IMG/VR virus record: IMGVR_UViG_3300045391_002432
DNA length: 39,981 bases
Origin: a virus
Strand: one strand, 5' to 3'
The position numbers and the translations under genes are program-made. The notes under the pieces were generated by a model. That model was not told the DNA's origin and made no database searches. It was given only the letters and a program-made list of their open reading frames with translations. Shown one piece after another: positions 17,043 to 24,286 of this stretch. How positions within the stretch are numbered: position 1 is the first letter of the stretch; each line of letters begins with the position of its first letter.

Positions 17043-17268
17043 CGGCGGCGCTCATTTGAAGCGGGATTGCGCTTTTGTACGCCTATAAGCCGGAAACCGA
17101 AAGCCCGGTTTCAAATCGCAATATTAGGTGTTTTTAATATAAAACTTTAACCGGGTTGTCGGGGGCTGGTTGACCTTTAAAGAAACTAAAGGCATATTTC
17201 AGCCCGGTTGGACGAAGGCCGGCCGGAAACTAAGTCAGGATTGACATGTTGCAGGGTTGCTTTCTGAT
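17043..17268. promoter_or_regulatory. AT-rich divergent control region between terS and the rightward early operon
   Basis: This is the lowest-GC stretch in the window. A plus-strand candidate promoter reads TTGACC (17170..17175), 17 nt, CATATT (17193..17198). A hairpin gaaaccg/cggtttc lies at 17093..17112. AGCCCGGTT copies lie at 17102 and 17201. Confidence 0.5.
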
Positions 17269-17814
17269 ATGAGGCGGTGTGGCAGTTGTACTCTCTGCTG
17301 CCGGCTGCTACCGCAGCGGGAAATGAATAAGTCTGCTGGTGAGCGGTGCGAACACCAGCGGCATACTGGCTGCAAAATATACGACCTTCGTCCACCCTCT
17401 TGCCGACTATGGTCCTGCCGCTGGTTAGTCGAGGACGACACCGCCCGATTGAGGCGACCCGACTTCACCCACTACGTCATCGACATCATGCCCGATTTTG
17501 TCACCGCCAAGCAGGACGACGGGCAGGCCTTCCAAGTCCCCGCGATCCAAGTCTGGGTCGATCCCAAGTACCCCGACGCGCACCTCGATCCTGAGCTTCG
17601 GCTCTTTCTCGCCCGGCGTGGTGAGGAGGACGGCGCGGTCGCCATCATCCGCTACGACAGCGGCGACGGCTTCGTCCTGATCCCGCCCTGCATGACCAGT
17701 GATGGCAATTGGATGGAGCGCCGGGATGGGATCAAGGAGCGCGAACACACTGCCGCCGAGAAGCACCGCGTCCTCGGCGACATGATGGTCCGCGCCGTGA
17801 CGCAAAACCTTTAA
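17269..17814 (+). CDS. YkgJ/UPF0153-type CxxCxxCC cysteine-cluster protein (181 aa)
   Basis: CGSCTLCC at the N-terminus, then ...GCKIYDLRPPSCRLWSC. The start was moved to ATG 17269; the track start 17257 is TTG. Confidence 0.65.
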   Translation: MRRCGSCTLCCRLLPQREMNKSAGERCEHQRHTGCKIYDLRPPSCRLWSCRWLVEDDTARLRRPDFTHYVIDIMPDFVTAKQDDGQAFQVPAIQVWVDPKYPDAHLDPELRLFLARRGEEDGAVAIIRYDSGDGFVLIPPCMTSDGNWMERRDGIKEREHTAAEKHRVLGDMMVRAVTQNL

Positions 17815-17839
17815 ACCAGAGCAGAGAGGGAACCACCAC

Positions 17840-18100
17840 ATGAGAGCATCCGCAGCAGTCGTTCGCTTGCCACGTCAGAACCAGATCGTGAAACTTGACG
17901 ATGGCCCGGCGACGATAGAGCTTTGCCAGCGCGCCATCCGAACATCGCACCAGAAGTACTACGAAATCGCAATGCGCTCTGGTGTTGGCGTCCAGACCGT
18001 CTCAAACATCGCCAGCGGTGACACCAAGTTTCCCCGCATGTCGACCGTCATCCGCATTCTCATGTCGCTCGGCTGGGAAGTCTACGCCAGCGACAAATAG
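17840..18100 (+). CDS. Small HTH DNA-binding protein (86 aa), paralog 1
   Basis: HTH-like segment ...IAMRSGVGVQTVSNIASGDTKFPRMSTVIRILMSLGWEV. GC content is visibly lower than its neighbours. Confidence 0.6.
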   Translation: MRASAAVVRLPRQNQIVKLDDGPATIELCQRAIRTSHQKYYEIAMRSGVGVQTVSNIASGDTKFPRMSTVIRILMSLGWEVYASDK

Positions 18101-18139
18101 GCCCCTTCACCTTCTACCCAAAAATGAGGACCCCCGACC

Positions 18140-18436
18140 TTGAACACCAGACCCTTAATTGAAAGCCCGGCGCAAGAGCGCGGACGACTTCGCTCCGACA
18201 AAGCCGGCGAGTTCCATTTTGACGACACGCTCGATTACGTGAGCTTTGTTGCCGGCAAGCTTCGGCAATCTTCGATGAAGTACGGTCACGTCGCCAAGGG
18301 CGGCGGCATGAGCCCTTCGACGGTTTCCAACCTCGCGAGCGGCAAGACCCACTATCCGCGCTTCTCGACCATAGCCGGCATCCTCGGTGCGCTCGGCTAC
18401 GAGACAGTGATCCGGGCAGGAAAGGCGGGCAAATGA
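18140..18436 (+). CDS. Small HTH DNA-binding protein (98 aa), paralog 2
   Basis: It shares S-TVSN-ASG-T--PR-ST---IL--LG-E with 17840..18100. The only upstream start is TTG 18140, with GAGGA 9 nt upstream. Confidence 0.5.
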   Translation: MNTRPLIESPAQERGRLRSDKAGEFHFDDTLDYVSFVAGKLRQSSMKYGHVAKGGGMSPSTVSNLASGKTHYPRFSTIAGILGALGYETVIRAGKAGK

Positions 18437-18732
18437 CCGCCAAGACCAGCCAGCACCTCGCCGACACGCTCCGCGCCGCCGGCTTCGAAGACCTCGCCAA
18501 GCGCGCCGAGGCCGACGAGTTCCACGACTTCCTTTCGCCTCACGGCCTGCCCGAGCTTCTGCTCGCCGAAGAGTTGGCCACGCTTCAACAGCGCGGCTAC
18601 CCAGCGGCGAAGGACATTCGCGAGCGCCTAATTCAGGGCGACTTCGACGCCTCGACGGAGGAAAGCGAGGACTGGGCCAAGAGCGCGGATGGGCAGGAAA
18701 CCTTTAACCGATTGATAGGGGGAAAATCATGA
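18433..18732 (+). CDS. Hypothetical acidic protein (99 aa)
   Basis: ATGA overlaps at both ends. Third-position GC is high. Confidence 0.6.
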   Translation: MTAKTSQHLADTLRAAGFEDLAKRAEADEFHDFLSPHGLPELLLAEELATLQQRGYPAAKDIRERLIQGDFDASTEESEDWAKSADGQETFNRLIGGKS

Positions 18733-19274
18733 AAGACGTACAGGCAACCCTTCGCCGGCTGGACGAGGAAATCGTCGGCCACAAGCAGAACATCGCCCGG
18801 CATCAAGTCGAGATTGCCCGGCTGCAAGACACCCGCGCCGTGCTGATGCGCCTCGCCGAGGACGACATAGCCCACGCCGAGGCGGCCAAGGCTGAGCGGG
18901 TGGGAGTGCTTCCCGGCGAGCATGCCAAGCCGCAGCTGATCGTGCGCAAGATCGGCAGCGGCGACGAGGAGGGCTCGGCTTCCCAGGCGGCCAAAAGGTA
19001 CGGCAAGACCATTCACGCCCGCGCCAACGGCAGCGCCACGGCCGAAAAGCCGAAGAAGCGCCGTAAGCGCGAGGCTTCGGAAAGCGGCGAAATGCGCGCC
19101 AAGATCATGAAAATCATGGACACCACGCCGATGTCGAGCCGCGAGATTGGCGACTTCCTCGGCCTGCCGCGCGACGAGAAGGCCCGCAAATCGATGTCGA
19201 ACGCGCTCTACCAGCTCAAGGTCAAGGGCGAGCTTATCCGCGATGCCGAACACCGCTACGTGAGGCCTCAATGA
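18729..19274 (+). CDS. Coiled-coil protein with C-terminal winged-helix-like region (181 aa)
   Basis: ATGA overlaps at both ends. The C-terminus (...MSSREIGDFLGLPRDEKARKSMSNALYQLKVKGELI) looks like a winged helix. Confidence 0.55.
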   Translation: MKDVQATLRRLDEEIVGHKQNIARHQVEIARLQDTRAVLMRLAEDDIAHAEAAKAERVGVLPGEHAKPQLIVRKIGSGDEEGSASQAAKRYGKTIHARANGSATAEKPKKRRKREASESGEMRAKIMKIMDTTPMSSREIGDFLGLPRDEKARKSMSNALYQLKVKGELIRDAEHRYVRPQ

Positions 19275-19531
19275 CCAAACGGATTGCCCTTGAAGACGAG
19301 GTGCCCGACGATGAGCGCGTGACGCTCAACGCCGGGCGCTGCCCTGATTGCGGAGGGCGCGGCTTCGTCCTTGGGCCTCGCGGCGGAATGAACCAGAACA
19401 TCGAGTGCGCCCAAATCCGCTGCCGGGCGCGCTTCAACGTGGCGATTTTCGCTGGAGCGGTCCAGCATGCCGAGCGCATCGAGAAGCGCACCGAGGGCGG
19501 GCCGCGCTGGCCATCGGAGCCGGTCCAATGA
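19271..19531 (+). CDS. Small zinc-ribbon-like protein (86 aa)
   Basis: CPDCGG ... CAQIRC gives a four-Cys pattern. ATGA overlaps at both ends. Confidence 0.55.
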   Translation: MTKRIALEDEVPDDERVTLNAGRCPDCGGRGFVLGPRGGMNQNIECAQIRCRARFNVAIFAGAVQHAERIEKRTEGGPRWPSEPVQ

Positions 19532-20094
19532 TCCCGCACCTGCGCAAGACTGAAAACCTCGCGCCGCTCAGGCCAGACCGGGCGGCGCTGCACGAAATCG
19601 CCTGCGCCTATGCCGAGGAGCAGTTCAAGCTCAAGGGCGGCTGCGACGCGACGTGGCTGGTGGCGGTCGGGCCTCAGGTCGCATGGATCGAGACGCCGTT
19701 CGATGGGGTCCGCGACAAGCAACAGACGACGTTCATGATCCGTGGTGTCCTCGCCGCGACCGGCGCGCAGGCCTACAGCTACGTCACTGAGGCCTTCGTG
19801 GCGGCGGTCGCCGGCATGCCGCCCGGCGAGGTCAAGAAATGGCTGGCCTTCGCGAACGAGCATGGCGTCTCGGCGCTGCCGGAAAAGATGCGCGAGGACG
19901 TGCTGATGGTCTTCACCCACGACCGGGCCGGCGGCACCTCGATCACCCGCTATTTGGTGACCATGCGGCGCGGCAAGGGGCCGAACTTCCTCGGGCCCCG
20001 CGTCGATGAGACCGACCCGGCGACCGGCATGGCCGGTCCTATGTTCAACCTGTTCGCGCCAGAGCGCCCTTTGGAGGACTACGATGCCAGCTGA
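19528..20094 (+). CDS. Hypothetical protein (188 aa)
   Basis: The start was moved to ATG 19528, which forms an ATGA overlap with the previous stop. The upstream part of the track ORF is Arg/Pro-rich shadow. Confidence 0.6.
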   Translation: MIPHLRKTENLAPLRPDRAALHEIACAYAEEQFKLKGGCDATWLVAVGPQVAWIETPFDGVRDKQQTTFMIRGVLAATGAQAYSYVTEAFVAAVAGMPPGEVKKWLAFANEHGVSALPEKMREDVLMVFTHDRAGGTSITRYLVTMRRGKGPNFLGPRVDETDPATGMAGPMFNLFAPERPLEDYDAS

Positions 20095-20263
20095 GACCGC
20101 CCAGAGGGTCGAAAAGGCCCCACAGCCGGCCACGGAGGCCCCGCAGGCGCCTCCGCAAGGTAGCGAGGCACCATCCGCCGGCTGGCGCGGCTCGCGTTTC
20201 CTGCAAGGCATTCAAGACAGCCTGGGCGGCGAGGTGCGCCCGCTCAGGGGCGGCAACTGGTAA
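20084..20263 (+). CDS. Hypothetical small protein (59 aa)
   Basis: ATG 20084 overlaps the previous gene by 11 nt. The protein is low-complexity. Confidence 0.4.
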   Translation: MPAETAQRVEKAPQPATEAPQAPPQGSEAPSAGWRGSRFLQGIQDSLGGEVRPLRGGNW

Positions 20264-20270
20264 TCAAGTT

Positions 20271-20355
20271 TTCTCCTGCCAAAGGCACCCCCCCCGCTCA
20301 GCGGCAGGAGAAAGACGGACGGTCGCGCGCTGGGTAGACGTTGCGACCGTCCGTC
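20271..20355 (+). terminator. Two consecutive perfect hairpins between plus-strand gene blocks
   Basis: The first hairpin pairs ttctcctgcc (20271..20280) with ggcaggagaa (20303..20312); its loop contains a C8 run at 20288..20295. The second pairs gacggacggtcgc (20314..20326) with gcgaccgtccgtc (20343..20355). Neither has a clear U-tail. Confidence 0.4.
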
Positions 20356-20375
20356 GACAACTTCGAGGAGAGACC

Positions 20376-20576
20376 ATGACGATGACGCCGCCCGAGCTTA
20401 CGCAAGCCGAGCTTGTCGACCGCATGCGCCGGGTCGAGGAGGTCCACCGAGTCCTTGAGGCCCGGATGGCCTTCGTCCGCTCGCTTGAGCGCGAACTGAT
20501 CCTGTGCGCCGTCGTCGTCTATCTCGCCGGCATCTTCCTCGGCGTCATGATCGCCAAGCAATGGTGGGGCCTATGA
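20376..20576 (+). CDS. Small C-terminally membrane-anchored protein (66 aa)
   Basis: SD GAGGAG lies upstream of ATG 20376. The C-terminal hydrophobic stretch is LILCAVVVYLAGIFLGVMIA. Confidence 0.55.
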   Translation: MTMTPPELTQAELVDRMRRVEEVHRVLEARMAFVRSLERELILCAVVVYLAGIFLGVMIAKQWWGL

Positions 20577-20800
20577 GCGATGCGCTGCCGATCTGGGTGG
20601 TGTACGATCACCCGAAGGACATGCCGCACCTGTTCGTCGCCCGGCGCTGGCTGGTGAACGGCAAGGGCCAGCGCATGACCGACATCATTCTGGTCCACAC
20701 CGAGATTGACCCCCTGCGCGAGCAGCTGGAAATGCGCGGCCTGATCAAGCTCGACCGCCAGCCGGGCGACGACCCGGTGATCTTGGAGACGTGGGTGTGA
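20573..20800 (+). CDS. Hypothetical protein (75 aa)
   Basis: ATG 20573 forms an ATGA overlap with the previous stop. The opening is MSDALPIWVVYDHPKDMPHLFVARRW. Confidence 0.6.
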   Translation: MSDALPIWVVYDHPKDMPHLFVARRWLVNGKGQRMTDIILVHTEIDPLREQLEMRGLIKLDRQPGDDPVILETWV

Positions 20801-21186
20801 AGTGCTGGATACTCGATGAGACCAAGAAGCCGGTCGAGGTCGATCTGCTGACGTGGGCGCGCTGGTACGAGGACTTCGACCAGCGCCGCGTCGCCGAGAC
20901 CGAGACCGCCTGCTTTCGGGTCTCAACGGTCTTCCTCGGCATCGATCACCGGGGCTGGCGCGATGGCCCGCCCATCCTGTTCGAGACCATGGTTTTCGAG
21001 CGGAAGGCGCAGATCAAGAAAATCTTCGGCAAGCTCATGCCAATTCATCAGGACGTCGACCAGCGGCGCTATTCCAGCTGGGACGACGCCGAGTCCGGGC
21101 ACAACGCGGCGGTGCGGCGCATCCTGAAGGCCGAGGCCGACGCCGCCGGCAAGATCAGGCGTCGCGCCCCAGCTGCTCGCCGCTGA
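20791..21186 (+). CDS. Hypothetical protein (131 aa; GTG start 20791 or 20797)
   Basis: Third-position GC is high. There is no ATG near the 5' end. The 3' end overlaps the convergent endolysin gene by 32 nt. Confidence 0.55.
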   Translation: MGVKCWILDETKKPVEVDLLTWARWYEDFDQRRVAETETACFRVSTVFLGIDHRGWRDGPPILFETMVFERKAQIKKIFGKLMPIHQDVDQRRYSSWDDAESGHNAAVRRILKAEADAAGKIRRRAPAARR

Positions 21187-21976
21187 AAATGTGAAGCATG
21201 CCGGCATAGTCCGCGCCGGTCGCCTCGACCACGTAGCGGGTCTCGCCGGCCTTGGTCTGGAACACCGCCCTGACCTCGCCGGGGTAGGGATAGCCGGTGA
21301 TCTTCTTGACCGCCTCGCCCTCCGCGAAATTGTACGGGACCGGGGTCGGCGGGGCTGGCAAAACCTGTCCAGGCGTCGAGGGTCGCAGCCATTTCAGCAG
21401 ATTGCCGGCCGGCCCGTTGAAGCGGTTCCCATCGACCGGGCCCTGAATGCCGTCGACCGTGGCGCTGTCGGTGTATTGCCAGAGCGTCCAGACCGGCCAC
21501 GTGGCCTTCGGCCACACCGGCTGCGCCATTGACGTGTAGTGCGCGATCCACAGCGAGGTCTTGACCAGCACCTCGTCGTGATTGTCGCCCAGCTGGCCCT
21601 TGAGCATGCCGCCGCCATAGATCGTGATCTGGAGGTCGAGGCCGGCCGCCTGAAGCGCCAGCACCGCCTCGCGAAGATCGGCGAGCGAGCAGGAGGTGTC
21701 CTCGTAGTCGATCACCACGCGCTCGCCGCGCTGCGGGCTCACCACGTCAAGGTAATGGGCCATCTGCTGGCCAACCTGACCGTGCTTCAGGAAGTGGTAG
21801 GAGGAAACAGCCAGGTTTGCCGCTCTGGCGGCCTCGCGGCGCTGCCCGAAGACCGGGTCGACATAGGTCAGCCCTTCTGTCGCTTTCAGGATCGCGCCGA
21901 CCGTGCCGCCGGCCTTGACCCGAGCCCAGTTCGGCTCGGGCTGATGGTGCGAAACGTCGATGCACAGCGGGTTCAT
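21155..21976 (-). CDS. GH25-type muramidase endolysin with Pro-rich linker and small C-terminal beta-rich domain (273 aa)
   Basis: CIDVSHHQ near the N-terminus and LWQYTDS later, as in GH25 lysozymes. ATG 21976 forms an ATGA overlap with the upstream stop. The track ORF extension to 22333 is shadow. Confidence 0.8.
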   Translation of the reverse strand: MNPLCIDVSHHQPEPNWARVKAGGTVGAILKATEGLTYVDPVFGQRREAARAANLAVSSYHFLKHGQVGQQMAHYLDVVSPQRGERVVIDYEDTSCSLADLREAVLALQAAGLDLQITIYGGGMLKGQLGDNHDEVLVKTSLWIAHYTSMAQPVWPKATWPVWTLWQYTDSATVDGIQGPVDGNRFNGPAGNLLKWLRPSTPGQVLPAPPTPVPYNFAEGEAVKKITGYPYPGEVRAVFQTKAGETRYVVEATGADYAGMLHIFSGEQLGRDA

Positions 21977-22167
21977 TTTTTGGCCGCCTCGGCGATCTTC
22001 TCGGCCACGATCTGCTCGACCATGTCGACAAGGTGGGAGGCGAGCATCGCCCAGATCGGAATGCCGATCAGGCCTTGCGCCTGCTGCTGCGGCACCATGC
22101 CGGCGTTGGTGAAGGTCTCCTCCAGCTTGCGGGCAAGCTCGCGCTTGTTTTCTTCGGTCGTGGTCAT
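21973..22167 (-). CDS. Small protein with one weakly hydrophobic segment (64 aa); a holin role is uncertain
   Basis: Strong SD AAGGAG lies upstream of ATG 22167. The hydrophobic segment GLIGIPIWAMLASHLV is only about 16 aa long. Confidence 0.5.
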   Translation of the reverse strand: MTTTEENKRELARKLEETFTNAGMVPQQQAQGLIGIPIWAMLASHLVDMVEQIVAEKIAEAAKK

Positions 22168-22169
22168 GG

Positions 22170-22436
22170 TCAGTCTCCTTCGAACAAATCTGGGTACTTG
22201 GCGGCGATGAGCCGGCCGGCCTGCGCGAACAGGCGGGCTGAGGTCTCTGCGATGATGACGGTGCCGTCGTGCGTTTCGAGCCGGATGGCGACGGAAGGGC
22301 GGCCCGAGCGCATGCCCTTGTCGAGGACGGCAACCCTGATCGGCTGGCCGCCGTCGCCGATGTGGAGGAAGCGCTGGTGCCGCTTGGGCTCGGGGAACGA
22401 GCCTTCGCCGTCGAGCGTGATGATCAGGGCTGGCAT
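22170..22436 (-). CDS. Hypothetical protein (88 aa)
   Basis: ATG 22436 is preceded by GGAG and overlaps the previous gene by 13 nt. Confidence 0.5.
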   Translation of the reverse strand: MPALIITLDGEGSFPEPKRHQRFLHIGDGGQPIRVAVLDKGMRSGRPSVAIRLETHDGTVIIAETSARLFAQAGRLIAAKYPDLFEGD

Positions 22437-22624
22437 GACTTGCTCCAATCAATCGCCGGTAGCGTCACGCGGGCCTTGTCGGCCTTGTGCTGACCCCAGC
22501 CCAGCTGCGAGGGCGGCAACCGGCCGCCGCCGTGGCGATTATGCAGGCCGGTGTCGTGCTTGGCGTCCTGCTCGGCGACCGCGCGGAAGCGGTAGTTGTT
22601 CCGAAGCCGCTTGATCTTGCTCAT
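22424..22624 (-). CDS. Hypothetical basic protein (66 aa)
   Basis: ATGA overlap at 22621..22624. Third-position GC is high. Confidence 0.55.
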   Translation of the reverse strand: MSKIKRLRNNYRFRAVAEQDAKHDTGLHNRHGGGRLPPSQLGWGQHKADKARVTLPAIDWSKSCQP

Positions 22625-22830
22625 GATGGCTTTTCCTCCTTCAGTTCCAGCCCCTCACGGATTGCCCGGATCGATCCCCGGCCGGGGGCCGGTTGCAGCC
22701 GCCTGACCTCGCCCCGCAGGGCCTCAATCTCGCCGATCAGGCCCTCCAGCAGATCGAGCCTGATCCAGCAGTGCGTCTCAGCGGCGGTCTTGGCCTGCTG
22801 CGCCTTGGCGCGGTCTAGAAAATCGCTCAT
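22621..22830 (-). CDS. Hypothetical coiled-coil protein (69 aa)
   Basis: ATG 22830 forms an ATGA overlap with the upstream stop. Confidence 0.5.
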   Translation of the reverse strand: MSDFLDRAKAQQAKTAAETHCWIRLDLLEGLIGEIEALRGEVRRLQPAPGRGSIRAIREGLELKEEKPS

Positions 22831-23006
22831 TTTTTCCACACCTCGATGGCTTTCCAGCGCTTCTGGGCGAAGTAAGCCCGCAGCCACTCCTCGCTCTTGC
22901 CGACCGCCCATTTCAGGATCGGCGCGGCCTCGGTGCAGCGCCCGTCGACCATGACGAGCGCCGCGCAGAAATGCGGGGCATCGACGCTGATCAGGCGCTC
23001 GGTCAT
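22827..23006 (-). CDS. Hypothetical protein (59 aa)
   Basis: ATG 23006 is preceded by GAGGAGGA. It is coupled to the gene above through a CCATGA junction. Confidence 0.5.
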   Translation of the reverse strand: MTERLISVDAPHFCAALVMVDGRCTEAAPILKWAVGKSEEWLRAYFAQKRWKAIEVWKK

Positions 23007-23179
23007 GGCCACGCATCCTCCTCTCGCCAGCCATCCGCCGCCAACTCGGCCATCAGCCATTCGATGGCCTCAGCCGCCTTGCCCGAAAGCGTGTCGGCGG
23101 CCGGCGTCCCGTGCTGGGCGTCAATCCTCGCCCTGGCCTTCAAAATCCGGGCGATGTCCTCGCATTCGTTCAGCGTCAT
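23003..23179 (-). CDS. Hypothetical protein (58 aa), absent from the ORF track
   Basis: My own translation gives MTLNECEDIARILKARARIDAQHGTPAADTLSGKAAEAIEWLMAELAADGWREEDAWP. ATGA overlaps at both ends. Confidence 0.45.
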   Translation of the reverse strand: MTLNECEDIARILKARARIDAQHGTPAADTLSGKAAEAIEWLMAELAADGWREEDAWP

Positions 23180-23394
23180 GCCAGCGCCTCCTCAAGGGCG
23201 GTCCTGAGCAGCCGGGCGGCGCGGGCCTTTTGCTCGGCCTGCCAGCGCCCCTGCCAGTAATTCGCCGGCAAGGTCGCGTGTTCGGCCTTGGCATAGGCGA
23301 TGCTGGCAACCTCTGAGGCGATCAGCTGGTCGGCCTCGGCATCGAGCCGCGCCTCAGCCCGGCGAGCGGCGGCGAGAAGATCCGATGAAGTCAT
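23176..23394 (-). CDS. Hypothetical protein (72 aa)
   Basis: ATG 23394 forms an ATGA overlap with the upstream stop. Confidence 0.5.
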   Translation of the reverse strand: MTSSDLLAAARRAEARLDAEADQLIASEVASIAYAKAEHATLPANYWQGRWQAEQKARAARLLRTALEEALA

Positions 23395-24095
23395 GGGTGT
23401 TCCTCCCGCATCATCGTCGGCAGGTCGATATCGGGCAGGTCGTGAAACTCGACCTCGTCGCACATGGCCCAGAAGGCCCCGATTTGGCGGTCAAGGTCCT
23501 TCATCGCCTGCGCGCCGTCCTGAGCGGCGACCTTGCGCAGGATCGGAATGCCGGTGACGACGGAATGCTCGACCTCCTTGCGGGTCGCCAGCCGGCCCTT
23601 GGCCCAGAACGAGACTTTGTGTGCCGGGCCGATCTTCCACAGCGGCTTGCCACCATGGTTTTCGATGCCGAACGACTTGGTCACCCAGATCGCCGACACG
23701 CCCGGATTGCGGTCGATCATGATCCCGGCCGGCTTGTCGACCGGCTTGCCCTTGTAGGTGCCGTCGTCGGACGTCGTGCGCTTCGCCAAGGGCTGCGCCA
23801 TGAAGGGACAGTTCAGAACGGCAAACTGGGCGCACTCGAAATGGCTGGGCGGCTCGGCCGAGACCCGGTTGATGCAGCACATGGGGCCGATCACGAAGGC
23901 CTTGTAGCCGCCGAGGCGCTGGCCGCAGACCCAGCATTTTTCATACTTGAGTGCCTGCCTCATCTTTTCCGGGTCAAGGACCGGAAACAGGGGCTTGCCG
24001 GCGTCCCAAGCAACGAACCACGGCACCGGATAGCCGCGCCGGTCGCGCGGCAGGCTGTCGATGCGCGAGGGCACCCCTCCGACGAATTGCCTCAT
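23391..24095 (-). CDS. Conserved-looking Cys-rich hypothetical protein (234 aa)
   Basis: ATG 24095 forms an ATGA overlap. Motifs are RGYPVPWFVAW, KCWVCGQ, PMCCINR and HFECAQFAVLNCPF, which suggest metal-binding clusters. Confidence 0.65.
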   Translation of the reverse strand: MRQFVGGVPSRIDSLPRDRRGYPVPWFVAWDAGKPLFPVLDPEKMRQALKYEKCWVCGQRLGGYKAFVIGPMCCINRVSAEPPSHFECAQFAVLNCPFMAQPLAKRTTSDDGTYKGKPVDKPAGIMIDRNPGVSAIWVTKSFGIENHGGKPLWKIGPAHKVSFWAKGRLATRKEVEHSVVTGIPILRKVAAQDGAQAMKDLDRQIGAFWAMCDEVEFHDLPDIDLPTMMREEHP

Positions 24096-24286
24096 GCCGC
24101 GTCCTCCCTTTTCGTCGCCCGGTAGGCGTCCAGCGCCCGGTTGAAGTGCTTCTCGTTGCAGGCCTCGCATTCGGCCCAGTAGAAGTGCCCATGCGGACAC
24201 TTGCCCGGCCGGTAATGCCGGGGGTGCGGATAGTTGCCGGCGAGGAAGTCCTCGATGGCCTTGAGCAGGATCGCCTCGCCGTTCAT
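24092..24286 (-). CDS. Small Cys/His-rich protein (64 aa)
   Basis: The KCPHGHFYWAECEACN pattern. ATGA overlaps at both ends. Confidence 0.55.
   Translation of the reverse strand: MNGEAILLKAIEDFLAGNYPHPRHYRPGKCPHGHFYWAECEACNEKHFNRALDAYRATKREDAA

Noticed and set aside
17241-17270. TTGACA (17241..17246) as the promoter of the first rightward gene
   Set aside because: Any -10 box at the right spacing overlaps the ATG at 17269. That ATG is needed to encode the CxxCxxCC motif, so the upstream TTGACC/CATATT pair is the better candidate.
19234-20211. A 325-aa minus-strand ORF across the rightward early genes
   Set aside because: It is antisense to a chain of ATGA-coupled plus-strand genes and has Arg/Pro-rich shadow composition.
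21977-22333. The N-terminal 119-aa extension of the track ORF containing the endolysin
   Set aside because: The extension is Arg/Pro/Ser-rich and overlaps two SD-supported small genes in other frames. The GH25 domain begins at MNPLCIDVSHHQ, with an ATGA coupling at 21976.
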